Origin: a virus | Virus record (IMG/VR): IMGVR_UViG_3300037504_000923 | Location: 1-63,036 of that record | Direction: 5' to 3' (one strand) | DNA length: 63,036 bases | In this document: piece after piece, positions 18,282 through 27,943 of the stretch | Layout: every line of letters begins with the position of its first letter | Numbering within the stretch: the stretch's first letter is position 1 | Made by a program: the position numbers and the translations under genes | Notes under the pieces: model-generated | What the model was told of the DNA's origin: nothing | Seen by the model: only the letters and a program-made list of their open reading frames with translations | Database searches by the model: none

Positions 18282-21184
18282 CCCGTCCTACCTTTTTCTT
18301 TCAACCATCTTTTTCTAACTATTTCAATATATTGACCGCTTAATCGTGTCAATATTTCTTCTCCTATATTATCACCTCCTCCATTATTAGGAAGTACCTT
18401 AGCCCTACCGGGCAAAACCACAGTCTCTTCTCCTTCTTCTCCAACCTTAAATGCTCCTGCTCTCACTACTTCTCCTCCTGTTGCTAAGCCTTGAGGAGCA
18501 CCAGCTGTAGGAGTAGCATTTCGAGGATTATAAGTATTCACATTCCCATCACCTCCTCCACTTGCAAGATTAGCTGCAGCACTCTTAACAGCTACGGATA
18601 AAGCAATCAATGCCGCTCCAGCTGCTATTGCTGCTACTGGATTCAATGATTGTAATGCTCTTTTAATCCCTTCAACAGCAATACCAGTCGCAATTGCCAT
18701 TTCTCCTAATCTTTTCAACATGTCGGCCAATGTAGTCAGTAAAGGCGCCCAAATTCCACGAGTAGATTTTCCTGTAATCACCATCTCTGCAGTTAATGCT
18801 ACGAATTGAGAAGCAGTATCTGCTAATGCTTGATTGATAGTAGAAGCTGCTTGACTTGCGAAATCCTGCATAACTGTCATCACCTCTTTGCCACCTTCAC
18901 TCGTTTCTTTTTGAGCATTATTCAAATCATTGTAACGTTGTGTTAATTCTTGTAATACCTGATTTGTTGGGTCATATCCCTGTGATAATAATGATTGAAT
19001 AGTAGATTGAAGAATTCTTTGTTTTTCAGCATTGACATTGACGATATCTCCAAACAATAATGATTCATTATGCAATGCCCTCAGTTGATTTCTCATATTC
19101 CTCATTGCATCCGTTGACCGTATCTGCTCATCTATATTGAGTCCTAATGATGGTACTTGTAAATTTTCAATATCCATCTTCGCCAATTCATCATTCAAAT
19201 CCTTATATGCCTTGACTTGTTTCTTTACTTCTTCGGTCTCTTCGGGAGTCACAGTAGGTTTAGGATCCGGTTTATTACTAATCTCTTCATTCAGATTAGA
19301 ATTTGCCAGCGTCTGTTCTTTTATCACTCCCAATAATGCCTCCTTCCTCTCCTGATATTCTTTCTCGGCTTCACTTGCGTTTTTAGCCATCTGTGCCCGT
19401 TTGATTTCCTGTGATGACATTATTCCCTGTGCACTTGTGATGACCCCTGTGATTTTTTGCCATGTAGAACGTTGTTCATCAGCTCCCGTGGAGAGGGCTT
19501 CAATTCTTTCCTTCTCTAATTCAACCAATCTTTCTTCAGCCGCCTGCAAACGTGCTTTCTCCATCAAACTCTCAATATAACTATCAATCGCTTCCTTTGC
19601 TTCTCCCGTTTTTATAGCTTCCTCATCAATATTATCAATATGATCAGGCATGATTTCATTTATCCTTTGTATCGCTTGTCTCCGTTGTTCCTTCGACGCC
19701 CTCTCATCCTCTGCAATCCTCAATAATTTCTCCAATTCAACTCTTTCATCCGCCACCGCTTTTTTAGCTTCTACCTCAACAGCATTCAATTCTTTTTGAG
19801 CAGCGGATGCCTCTTTCGACCTGCGAATAAATGCAACAATCGCGGCCGTCGCCCCTACTATCAATGTAGCTAAAGCAGCATAAGGATTGGCCAATATAAC
19901 AGCTCTAAGTACATTGAATGCTTGAATTGCTCCCCTGACCATTTTAATCAATCCCGGCAGTACATTTTGCGTAATAAATCCGAGTGCTAAAGTCAGAGGA
20001 CCTACGGCAGTAACCACTGCCCCCACCTTAACAATCATTTGTTGCTGAGCATCAGTCAATCCATTGAACCAATCAGTAACAGCCTGTAACTTATCAGTCA
20101 AACTCTCTAAAACTGGTATAAATGCTGTTTGTACAGAGCCTCCGAGACTAACCAATGCGGCTTTCCCCTGTGAAATTGACTGATTCCATTTGAATTCTGC
20201 TGTCTCTGCTGCTGCATCAAATGCCGTATTCAATGCTCCTGTACTATCAGCCAATGACTCAAAAATAGCAATGTTACTTTCTGCATTTGATCCCATGATA
20301 TCCAAAACACCAGACAACGCACGAATGTTTGGAAACACTTTTGCCAAAGTGTCATCACCATATTCATTTTGTAGGTTCTTTAATCGTGATAATGTGGCTA
20401 TTAATCCATCCTCACTCATTGTACTTCTCAATTCCTTAGCAGATGTACCCATTGCATTTAATGCTTCCTCTGATTGAGATGTGGGTTTCAGTAATGAAGC
20501 AAGTATTTGTCTCAACTGAATTGCAGCAGTCGAAGCATCCGTACCTGTACGAGTCATAGCAGCCGTGGCAGCACCTACCTGATCAAATGTGACTCCAAGT
20601 TCCGATGCTAGTGGTAATACTTGTCCCATCGCTTCTGCTAATTGAGGAGCCTCTGCCTTACCCTCACGTACTGCTGCAACCAATATATCCGTAGCTTGGG
20701 CAGCGTTCAAATTTTCCGATCCATAAGCATTCATCGCGGATGTAACTAAATCAGCTACCACCTTTGTCTCTCCCAATCCCGCAGCCGATGCTTTAGCTGA
20801 CATTTCTAACACTTCCATCGCTTCTGCTCCTCGTAAACCTGCTGAAGTAACAAAGAATAAAGCATCCGCAAGTTCTTGTGGAGATTTACCAAGTTGAGGA
20901 GCCATCTCAATGATGTCTTGTCCCCATGCATTTACCTGTTCCTGAGCAACACCTACCAAGCCTGTTATTTTAGACATGGAGGTTTCAAAATCCTGACTCA
21001 TCTTAAAAGCAGCAGCACCAATGCCAGCAAGGGGTAAAGAAACAAAGGTAGAAAGGTCTTTTCCAATCTTCTTCATTTTTCTACCGGTGTCTTTCATACG
21101 TCCTTCAGCTCCCCTCAATGCGGAGTCGAGTTCAGTTGTGTCTGCTCCAAATTTCGTAATCAATTCACCAAGTGACATACTCAT
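18278..21184 (-). CDS. Tail tape measure protein
   Basis: 968 aa. The N-terminal TP901-type TMP region reads KITGLVGVAQEQV...FFVTSAGLRGAEAMEVLEMSAKASAAGLGE. It also has central hydrophobic segments and a coiled coil. Confidence 0.85.
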   Translation of the reverse strand: MSMSLGELITKFGADTTELDSALRGAEGRMKDTGRKMKKIGKDLSTFVSLPLAGIGAAAFKMSQDFETSMSKITGLVGVAQEQVNAWGQDIIEMAPQLGKSPQELADALFFVTSAGLRGAEAMEVLEMSAKASAAGLGETKVVADLVTSAMNAYGSENLNAAQATDILVAAVREGKAEAPQLAEAMGQVLPLASELGVTFDQVGAATAAMTRTGTDASTAAIQLRQILASLLKPTSQSEEALNAMGTSAKELRSTMSEDGLIATLSRLKNLQNEYGDDTLAKVFPNIRALSGVLDIMGSNAESNIAIFESLADSTGALNTAFDAAAETAEFKWNQSISQGKAALVSLGGSVQTAFIPVLESLTDKLQAVTDWFNGLTDAQQQMIVKVGAVVTAVGPLTLALGFITQNVLPGLIKMVRGAIQAFNVLRAVILANPYAALATLIVGATAAIVAFIRRSKEASAAQKELNAVEVEAKKAVADERVELEKLLRIAEDERASKEQRRQAIQRINEIMPDHIDNIDEEAIKTGEAKEAIDSYIESLMEKARLQAAEERLVELEKERIEALSTGADEQRSTWQKITGVITSAQGIMSSQEIKRAQMAKNASEAEKEYQERKEALLGVIKEQTLANSNLNEEISNKPDPKPTVTPEETEEVKKQVKAYKDLNDELAKMDIENLQVPSLGLNIDEQIRSTDAMRNMRNQLRALHNESLLFGDIVNVNAEKQRILQSTIQSLLSQGYDPTNQVLQELTQRYNDLNNAQKETSEGGKEVMTVMQDFASQAASTINQALADTASQFVALTAEMVITGKSTRGIWAPLLTTLADMLKRLGEMAIATGIAVEGIKRALQSLNPVAAIAAGAALIALSVAVKSAAANLASGGGDGNVNTYNPRNATPTAGAPQGLATGGEVVRAGAFKVGEEGEETVVLPGRAKVLPNNGGGDNIGEEILTRLSGQYIEIVRKRWLKEKGRTG

Positions 21185-21187
21185 AAT

Positions 21188-21574
21188 TTACCCCTTTCCT
21201 TCTTTTGGCATTGGTTTTCCTGCAAATGCATATAAAATACTCTTCATCTCTTCTACTGACTGCTTTTTCACCTTCTTTCTTTTCTCCAATTGTTCTTTTT
21301 TCAAATCTTCTTCCTCGAATGAAAAAATCATCAGTGTTTTTGGATCGGATAACATCTTATTCTCATCAGTACAAAGAAAGTTATGTATGAACATTGTCTG
21401 TATTCTCATTGCATCATATACTGCTTTCTTCGTATTATCCTCGACTCTGTAATCCGCTTCCTTTTCCTCATTCCAAGCCACCATTGCATTATGAAATTCC
21501 AACGGTGTTACTCCTTCTATTCCGTAGAATTGTGAGGGGGTATATTTTAGTCGAGCCATCGCATACCCACACAA
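21188..21574 (-). CDS. Tail assembly chaperone, -1 frame extension (T-like segment)
   Basis: This ORF is in the -1 frame relative to 21586..21951 and is open across the upstream stop, at the canonical position between tail tube and TMP. Confidence 0.5.
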   Translation of the reverse strand: MCGYAMARLKYTPSQFYGIEGVTPLEFHNAMVAWNEEKEADYRVEDNTKKAVYDAMRIQTMFIHNFLCTDENKMLSDPKTLMIFSFEEEDLKKEQLEKRKKVKKQSVEEMKSILYAFAGKPMPKEGKG

Positions 21575-21585
21575 TTCCTCAAAGT

Positions 21586-21951
21586 TTATTTCTCCTTCTT
21601 CTGTTTGTTTTTCTCCTTCTGATTTTCCTTCACTTTCTGAGTGAATGTCTTCTTCATTTGATTGCCTGCCTCCTCCCCGCCTTCTTGGAAAAATAATGGA
21701 ATGATTTTAATGAATTCAAAAAAGCATTCATCTAATACCTGCTCCATATCTTCCAATTTGAAATCAAAGTCTTCTCCTTCAACTTTAGCACCTTGCTTTA
21801 GTCCGTAGAATAAAAGAGGTTCATACACCTCAATGTCTCCTTCTTCAATGTCTGCAAGTCCTTTTGAAAACTCTTCTTTCACTTTCTTTAAGGCATAGTA
21901 CCCAATTCTCACTGGGTACTTTTTTCCTTTGTATGTGATGTGTTTTACCAT
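21586..21951 (-). CDS. Tail assembly chaperone (G-like)
   Basis: 121-aa acidic protein between the tail tube and TMP genes. Confidence 0.6.
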   Translation of the reverse strand: MVKHITYKGKKYPVRIGYYALKKVKEEFSKGLADIEEGDIEVYEPLLFYGLKQGAKVEGEDFDFKLEDMEQVLDECFFEFIKIIPLFFQEGGEEAGNQMKKTFTQKVKENQKEKNKQKKEK

Positions 21952-22010
21952 GATTAGTAATTTTTTTAAAATTAAACACTAAAAACAACCTGTGATTAAG
22001 GTCATTTCAA

Positions 22011-22451
22011 TTAAGCACCTGATCCACTACCAGAATTCAATACTGGTTTCCCACTAATTTGAATAGTGATGTCAGTAGTTATCTTATCATCTGGTGATAT
22101 TTCAAGTGGCAGTTCTGAAACCAATCCCTCAAACTCCAATGAAGTATTGTCTGCATCGGGCAGTACAATTTCATAATTCTTAACAACGTCTGATTCAAAA
22201 TCAGATTTCATGGTTTCATAAGTATCTCTGCGGAAGTTCATTGAAAGTCCGATTGTACCCGGATTTCTGAACCCTCCAATATACGTACGATAACCACCTG
22301 TTGTGTCAAGGGAAGTTGTTTCGATCATGTCTCTCGACATCGAAGGTCCACTAATTGAGTTTACCTCGGCGATTTTCTCCCAAGCTCCTACTGAACCTCC
22401 TCCGGTCGGATCCCATCTACGAAATTCCGTTCCTTTTCCAGCTACAGCCAT
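22011..22451 (-). CDS. Major tail (tube) protein
   Basis: GTEFRRWDP...WEKIAEVNSISGPSMSRDMIETTSLDT.GGYRTYIGGFRNPGT matches the siphovirus tail tube pattern, and the position fits. Confidence 0.7.
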   Translation of the reverse strand: MAVAGKGTEFRRWDPTGGGSVGAWEKIAEVNSISGPSMSRDMIETTSLDTTGGYRTYIGGFRNPGTIGLSMNFRRDTYETMKSDFESDVVKNYEIVLPDADNTSLEFEGLVSELPLEISPDDKITTDITIQISGKPVLNSGSGSGA

Positions 22452-22476
22452 TTTTTACCTCCTTTTCTTTTTGTTT

Positions 22477-22872
22477 TTAATATCGCTGTATGTCAAAATT
22501 CACTATGAACCGTGGACGATGATTTTCATCATAATCCAATAAAGCCGGTCCAGTCGTACATTTGACGAGTGTATATAAAGTACCATTCCATCTCTCCTGT
22601 GCCCGGCCATGTAACGATACCATTATATCATTTGCTAAAGCCTCCGCATCCACATACTTCGTGTCTCTTACTCGTATTTGAATGGAAGGGTAATAATAAT
22701 TCTCTCCCTTTTGTAATGTTGATTGTGGAGGGGCTCCCGGTGTATCAAATATAGTGACACAATCATCAGGAGTCGATGGTTCTCTACCAATAAATAGATT
22801 CGTAGTAAATACCAATCCAAGAGAACTATCCCCTTCCAACATATCCTTTATATCCACGCTTACTGCATTCAT
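22477..22872 (-). CDS. Tail completion / terminator protein
   Basis: Synteny (immediately upstream of the tail tube gene) and size of 131 aa. Confidence 0.4.
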   Translation of the reverse strand: MNAVSVDIKDMLEGDSSLGLVFTTNLFIGREPSTPDDCVTIFDTPGAPPQSTLQKGENYYYPSIQIRVRDTKYVDAEALANDIMVSLHGRAQERWNGTLYTLVKCTTGPALLDYDENHRPRFIVNFDIQRY

Positions 22873-23357
22873 ATCTTTGCCTTATTAGCTATTAATGATA
22901 ACATAACTGCTTGATTGCGTTTCAAAGCTGCCTCAAAAAACTTTGCTCCGGCTCCGGGTCTCTTAAAAGTCACGTCAACCCTCTCATGAACTATTGAGGC
23001 GTAATTGGCAGAAAAACCAAAAATCATAAACGGCTCTCTATGTGTTGAAGCTTCTGCTTTGTACTTTGCTATGACGGATGAATGGTTTGATCTGACTTTA
23101 GAAGCATTATCTCCTTTAAATGATCCTCCTCCCTGACCTACTCCCTTTCCTTTCATAGTAACCACAAACCAGCTCGCCCGTAAATTACCTTCATCAATCG
23201 GAATAAGAGGTGAGGTCTGTTCCATATCTCTTCGCAAATGAATAATAGCATCAATCATCCCTTCGAAGGATCGGTCTTTTATTTTCTTGACTTCCTTATT
23301 CATATTCCGAACGACCTCCTCTATACCTTCCAATCTAAATTGTGGTTTACGTGCCAT
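22869..23357 (-). CDS. HK97 gp10-like head-tail adaptor
   Basis: Synteny, plus N-terminal KPQFRLEGIEEVVRNMNK...AIIHLRRD typical of gp10-family proteins. Confidence 0.45.
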   Translation of the reverse strand: MARKPQFRLEGIEEVVRNMNKEVKKIKDRSFEGMIDAIIHLRRDMEQTSPLIPIDEGNLRASWFVVTMKGKGVGQGGGSFKGDNASKVRSNHSSVIAKYKAEASTHREPFMIFGFSANYASIVHERVDVTFKRPGAGAKFFEAALKRNQAVMLSLIANKAKI

Positions 23358-23365
23358 AATACCTC

Positions 23366-23728
23366 CTATATATAAGCCATTCTGACAAATTCATCAGTCT
23401 TCTTAATCATTGAAGTCTTATCAAATCTACGTATCTGATAAGCTCCATCAACAAGTCTGGGATCACTTTTTTGGGCTGCTGTCAGATCACTCAATGATCC
23501 TTTATACAAATACCCCTCATAATCGACATCCTGTGTCACCAATATCTTTGCTTTACTAACAACTTCTCTTCCCTCATCATCAGTAATGACCTCGGTTTTC
23601 TCATCCCACCTCACGTCTATCTCCACGGCAGTATCAAATGTATAATGACCGTAACCATCATTTTGAGGATTCCCCCAATATACTGCTGTCTCTACACATA
23701 CGGATTGTATAAACTTTTCAATTCCCAT
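23366..23728 (-). CDS. Head closure / head-tail joining protein
   Basis: Synteny only. Confidence 0.35.
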   Translation of the reverse strand: MGIEKFIQSVCVETAVYWGNPQNDGYGHYTFDTAVEIDVRWDEKTEVITDDEGREVVSKAKILVTQDVDYEGYLYKGSLSDLTAAQKSDPRLVDGAYQIRRFDKTSMIKKTDEFVRMAYI

Positions 23729-23730
23729 CG

Positions 23731-24105
23731 TTAGTCGTCTTTAAATGATTTAATTGATTTAAAACTTGCTACTTTTCTACCAAGAGAAGCCAACTTACCA
23801 GTAGTATCCAATTCTCTGACTTGTTGACCGTATGGTGTAGCAGCTAATCCTTCTCCAAATTTCCCGGTATATTCAATTGATGCTCCTCCTGCTCCTTCCT
23901 TCTTTGCCATTCTTTCCCTCGAAGTAGCTATCATGTGAGCAGCCAACCACTTTTCAATTGATGTCAACAAAGTGGATCCGAGGCCTTCATTCGTTAATTG
24001 TTGATCCACCAAAGCACTCGCATCATCAATATAGGCTTCAACGATTCCATCCGTTAAATCCGTGTCAATGATCTTTTTTACTGCTGTAGCTGTTGTACGT
24101 GCCAT
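23731..24105 (-). CDS. Head-tail connector (gp6-like)
   Basis: Synteny, small alpha-helical protein. Confidence 0.4.
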   Translation of the reverse strand: MARTTATAVKKIIDTDLTDGIVEAYIDDASALVDQQLTNEGLGSTLLTSIEKWLAAHMIATSRERMAKKEGAGGASIEYTGKFGEGLAATPYGQQVRELDTTGKLASLGRKVASFKSIKSFKDD

Positions 24106-24118
24106 TTATTTTTCCTCC

Positions 24119-24826
24119 TTACTTTTTACGAGCTTTCCATAATTTCTCATCCACAAATTTCAATGCCTCAGGATTCCATTTTAATCCCAGCCATTCAATC
24201 GTATTCATCAATTGTGTATAATCACCATACACCAACCTCTCAGGCCATACGATTTGAACATTCAATCCCTCAGTTATCATCTCAATAAATCTATTCTCAT
24301 GTTGATGTACCCACCATTTCCATCCATCAGCTTCATTCTGTACATTTACTTTCCTTTGAGCCAACTCATCAGAAAAAGCCCTCATAAATCCTGTTTTGAT
24401 ACAAGAACTAACAATATCACCAGTCCTTCGACGTACAATCACCCACTTGGCATTTGGAAAAGCATGCTGCCATACAGGCCACATCAGACACATCTTCGCT
24501 CCCTTATAAAACCAAGGTCCTCCGTTATATCCTTGCCTTCCAATAACTGAATGAATCATACTCCTCCAATTGTTTGGTATATTCATTGTATGAGGATCAG
24601 GGAGAGGGAATTGTCCCATCGGATCAACTCCTATTTCACGCAGATAGGGTTTAACCACATTATTTCTGATCTCACTATTCTCATACATACCTTTTTTATT
24701 GTTTAAATTCGGACCGGACATTTTTCCACCCCAAGCTCCACAGCGATTTATCATACCCGCTATTAGAGAGGTGCCTGACCTGGCAGCTCCTGTGATTAAT
24801 ATTGGTGATTGTATTTTCTTTTCCAT
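24119..24826 (-). CDS. Sulfotransferase family protein
   Basis: PAPS-binding 5'-PSB-like ILITGAARSGTS and 3'-PB-like VIVRRRTGDIVSS. Confidence 0.65.
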   Translation of the reverse strand: MEKKIQSPILITGAARSGTSLIAGMINRCGAWGGKMSGPNLNNKKGMYENSEIRNNVVKPYLREIGVDPMGQFPLPDPHTMNIPNNWRSMIHSVIGRQGYNGGPWFYKGAKMCLMWPVWQHAFPNAKWVIVRRRTGDIVSSCIKTGFMRAFSDELAQRKVNVQNEADGWKWWVHQHENRFIEMITEGLNVQIVWPERLVYGDYTQLMNTIEWLGLKWNPEALKFVDEKLWKARKK

Positions 24827-24827
24827 T

Positions 24828-25499
24828 TTATCTCCAATTCTCTTTTATCCAGTTAATATTCATTAGTTCATGAGGACGAGGTTTGCCGTGAAAGGATATT
24901 ATCTTTGCTGTATCCGGTAATGTTTCTCCCTGTATGTGTCTTCTATATGAATAATAAGTGTTTGGAAAAAGGTCTTGCCAAAACACTATGTCTTCTTTCA
25001 TCAATATTTCATGATAAGCCGTCCTTTCCGAACCTCCTGATTTCCTTATCAACCAATCCGTTTTCTCAATGAATAACCGCCAAATTCGATCACCAAAACC
25101 AGCATGGAAACTAAGAAGATCACCCCCTATGCCACCATTTGGTTGATTTAGTTTGAATGACCGTCTGCAAATAAAGGGTTCTTTTCTGATCAAATATTCA
25201 TCAATATTCCTAACAATAATCGTATCCAAATCAAATACCACTACCCTTCCTTTTAAATCATAATGAGGATTGAATACTGATAATTTTGGTAGATTTCCTC
25301 GGTATGTAGGAACATCGATTGGTAGAAGATTTATTCCTTCATCAAATCCTTTTCGATCAGTTATACAAAAGAATTTGAATTTCAGACATGTTCTCCTTTT
25401 CAGCATCCTATACAAATTATTTACATATTGAATACTAAGTTCCCTATCTCCAGCGGGCCAATTACCCCATAACGTGCATACAATATTTAACTGTGCCAT
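24828..25499 (-). CDS. Putative GT-A fold glycosyltransferase (DxD)
   Basis: Rossmann-like N-terminus IVCTLWG and VVVFDLDTIIV (DxD motif). Confidence 0.4.
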   Translation of the reverse strand: MAQLNIVCTLWGNWPAGDRELSIQYVNNLYRMLKRRTCLKFKFFCITDRKGFDEGINLLPIDVPTYRGNLPKLSVFNPHYDLKGRVVVFDLDTIIVRNIDEYLIRKEPFICRRSFKLNQPNGGIGGDLLSFHAGFGDRIWRLFIEKTDWLIRKSGGSERTAYHEILMKEDIVFWQDLFPNTYYSYRRHIQGETLPDTAKIISFHGKPRPHELMNINWIKENWR

Positions 25500-26149
25500 A
25501 ATTTTGGATTTATTGTCATTTTATACATATCAGGATTGAACGCCAATCCACATTTCTCAATGAATTTTTTAGCTTTCTTTTCACTATCAATCAAATCCTG
25601 TGAACGTATCCAAATATAATTATTGGTTTGTTGAGGAATATAATCCTGTATTATATTCAAATGATACACCATTCGTCTAACATAATCCACTGGATCACTC
25701 TCGTTTTTCAATCTTCTTTCCCAAACTTTATGTCTTAATATAGATTCCCTGACCTTGGTTTTATCCCGGTATGGTAGAATCCATGTTGCTTCGGGAAAAG
25801 CCTTCATCATTATTTCAGTTATAAGCAATAACTTTGTGTCTTTGAATAACCACAAGTCCTCGTTCCCTATAGCCTGTAAAATCTCTTCTCTCAGTCCATC
25901 ATATTTACTTACCATATTTTTATTGATAACACTAAACACACCATCCGCACGTGCTGGAATGTTATTGGTTTTCAATACCTGTTTCACTATATCAACTATA
26001 TGACGGTTTTCATAATATCCCATCTCATTATACTCATCAGGTTCACCACACTCACCAACCCATACTCCGTGTGCTTCCAATAATGCTGCAATCATTGAAG
26101 TACCGGATCTTGGAGGTGCTGCAATTAAATATTCTTTTTGTAACCCCAT
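25487..26149 (-). CDS. Sulfotransferase family protein
   Basis: YLIAAPPRSGTSMIAALL (5'-PSB) and ILPYRDKTKVRES (3'-PB-like). Confidence 0.65.
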   Translation of the reverse strand: MGLQKEYLIAAPPRSGTSMIAALLEAHGVWVGECGEPDEYNEMGYYENRHIVDIVKQVLKTNNIPARADGVFSVINKNMVSKYDGLREEILQAIGNEDLWLFKDTKLLLITEIMMKAFPEATWILPYRDKTKVRESILRHKVWERRLKNESDPVDYVRRMVYHLNIIQDYIPQQTNNYIWIRSQDLIDSEKKAKKFIEKCGLAFNPDMYKMTINPKLWHS

Positions 26150-26685
26150 AATGGTTTAACTTTTACGATTAATTCCCTTTCTTCCCATCCTCTTCCTTCT
26201 AATTCCTGAACTTCAAAACGTTTCTTCAATTCATCCATCCACCATTCTCTACTGCGGATTAATACATGAGCATTTCTACCATCCGGGAGGATGTGTTTTC
26301 GAGCCGGTCCAAGACAGATCGTGAAAAATCCACCTTTCCTCATATACTCCCTCAATTCATTCAACACATTTTCAATATACTCAGGTTCTACATGTTCCAA
26401 TACATCCGTACAAACAATGAAATCAAACTTCCCAACTGGTTTATCTGATTTCTCAGGTATAGCGGGATCATATTCTTGTACCCTAAATCCTTTATTTTTC
26501 AAACGAGCAGCCAAAATCCCTTTCCCTGCTCCATAATCCAACACGTACTTGGATCCGGTATCATCTATCAACTTAGATACAAGACCAAGCCATTTTTTAC
26601 CCGAACGACCCCATCCCGATCGACGCCTGTGATGTTCCATATTTAATTCTTTATACTCTTCAGATATTGTCTTTGTCATAACCAA
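26125..26685 (-). CDS. Class I SAM-dependent methyltransferase
   Basis: Motif I VLDYGAGKG, acidic loop VQEYDP, motif post-II/III FDFIVCTDVLEHV. Confidence 0.75.
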   Translation of the reverse strand: MVMTKTISEEYKELNMEHHRRRSGWGRSGKKWLGLVSKLIDDTGSKYVLDYGAGKGILAARLKNKGFRVQEYDPAIPEKSDKPVGKFDFIVCTDVLEHVEPEYIENVLNELREYMRKGGFFTICLGPARKHILPDGRNAHVLIRSREWWMDELKKRFEVQELEGRGWEERELIVKVKPLWGYKKNI

Positions 26686-27239
26686 TTTATTTTAGTTGCT
26701 TTTTCCTCGGCCAACCTTTCAATCAATTCTTTTTCTCCTTGCCAATCATGCGTATTCTGAACTCTCTTCTCATTGAGCCAGCGTTCCATCTCTTTTGGAT
26801 GATGGTTTTTGTTATATTCTCCGTTTTGTATAGCATCAAATCCAGCCAAATTAATACATTCAGGAGTGTATAAATATAGAGCAATAAGAAAAGACGCTGC
26901 TCCTCTGCTCAAATGATGTTCTTTGAGTTTTGGTATATGATAATGTATATAAGGGTTTACAATCCGAGTATGTTTCCCATTCATCTTATAACTTTTTCGA
27001 TGGGATTCTGAAATCATATAATGCCAATATTCTTTTCGTGGTATAGGACAACTGAGCAGGTATTTATGAGAAGGTCCTGAAGTGAAAACAATAATATCAG
27101 ACCTCTTTCCATAATCCTTTTCATTTTGCCACGCACAATCACTCATTCTAATAACACACTCATGCTCATCAATGAATTTTCCAAGCGCTTTCCCTTCAAG
27201 ACTCGGACCATGACCTACTATACATACAGTATCAATCAT
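26676..27239 (-). CDS. Sialyltransferase-like (GT42 / DUF115 Maf-like) transferase
   Basis: VCIVGHGPSLEG...VIRMSDC resembles the Cst-II/Maf N-terminal IIAGNGPSL...VFRCN pattern. Confidence 0.4.
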   Translation of the reverse strand: MIDTVCIVGHGPSLEGKALGKFIDEHECVIRMSDCAWQNEKDYGKRSDIIVFTSGPSHKYLLSCPIPRKEYWHYMISESHRKSYKMNGKHTRIVNPYIHYHIPKLKEHHLSRGAASFLIALYLYTPECINLAGFDAIQNGEYNKNHHPKEMERWLNEKRVQNTHDWQGEKELIERLAEEKATKINWL

Positions 27240-27940
27240 AACACATCCTCCAATTTAACTTTCTTTAATTCAGTGATGGAACTGTCAGGGCTACAATTCA
27301 ATATCTCAATTCCTAACTTCTTTGCATGCCTTGCAATATCAGCAAAGCCTTTTAAATGACCATTAAAAGGTAATTTGATCATGCTCCCTTTCACATTACC
27401 ACTTCCTCCCTTTCTGTATTCACTATGCCAGTGCTGTTTGTTTTCTATTAATTTCATATCAAATCCTAACAAAGTGATTCGTTTCACACCCAAATGATAA
27501 GCCAATGATATTGCAGCCGCTCCGCTATTACCATTCCATGACACTGTTTTTGGATTGGTACTTATACCTTTTGATTTATGATGATCCCGTTCTAAATACT
27601 TAATAGACGGATAATATTCTTTTGAAGCAAATTTATTGTGGCAACTGACTTTAACACCGGGATAATATAATAATGGTGTTTTATGTTGTAAGAAGAATTT
27701 ATGATCTCCAAAAAATACAAAATCCATCCAATCACCAAGTTTATAAGCCGCGTTGACACCAATGACATGTTTGTTATAAATGGGTGAGAAGTATGGAGAG
27801 TAAATGGAAGGAGATTCACTTCCTTCCAAAACTTTCTTTGTTATTGCTTGAGGAATATTGAATACTTTGGTGATAGAACTTCCACCACCAATAATAAAAC
27901 ACTCTCCATCCTTCCATAATTTAGGGACCACCCATTTCAT
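27236..27940 (-). CDS. DUF115/Maf-like or related glycosyltransferase
   Basis: ECFIIGGGSSI, VIGVNAAY and DFVFFGD show the same architecture as the upstream gene. Confidence 0.35.
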   Translation of the reverse strand: MKWVVPKLWKDGECFIIGGGSSITKVFNIPQAITKKVLEGSESPSIYSPYFSPIYNKHVIGVNAAYKLGDWMDFVFFGDHKFFLQHKTPLLYYPGVKVSCHNKFASKEYYPSIKYLERDHHKSKGISTNPKTVSWNGNSGAAAISLAYHLGVKRITLLGFDMKLIENKQHWHSEYRKGGSGNVKGSMIKLPFNGHLKGFADIARHAKKLGIEILNCSPDSSITELKKVKLEDVL

Positions 27941-27943
27941 ACA

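Noticed and set aside
21952-22010. A weak hairpin (ACCT…AGGT plus a short T-run on the minus strand) after the tail tube gene, as a terminator.
   Set aside because: The stem has only 4-5 bp and a poor U-tract, so it is not distinguishable from chance in AT-rich sequence.
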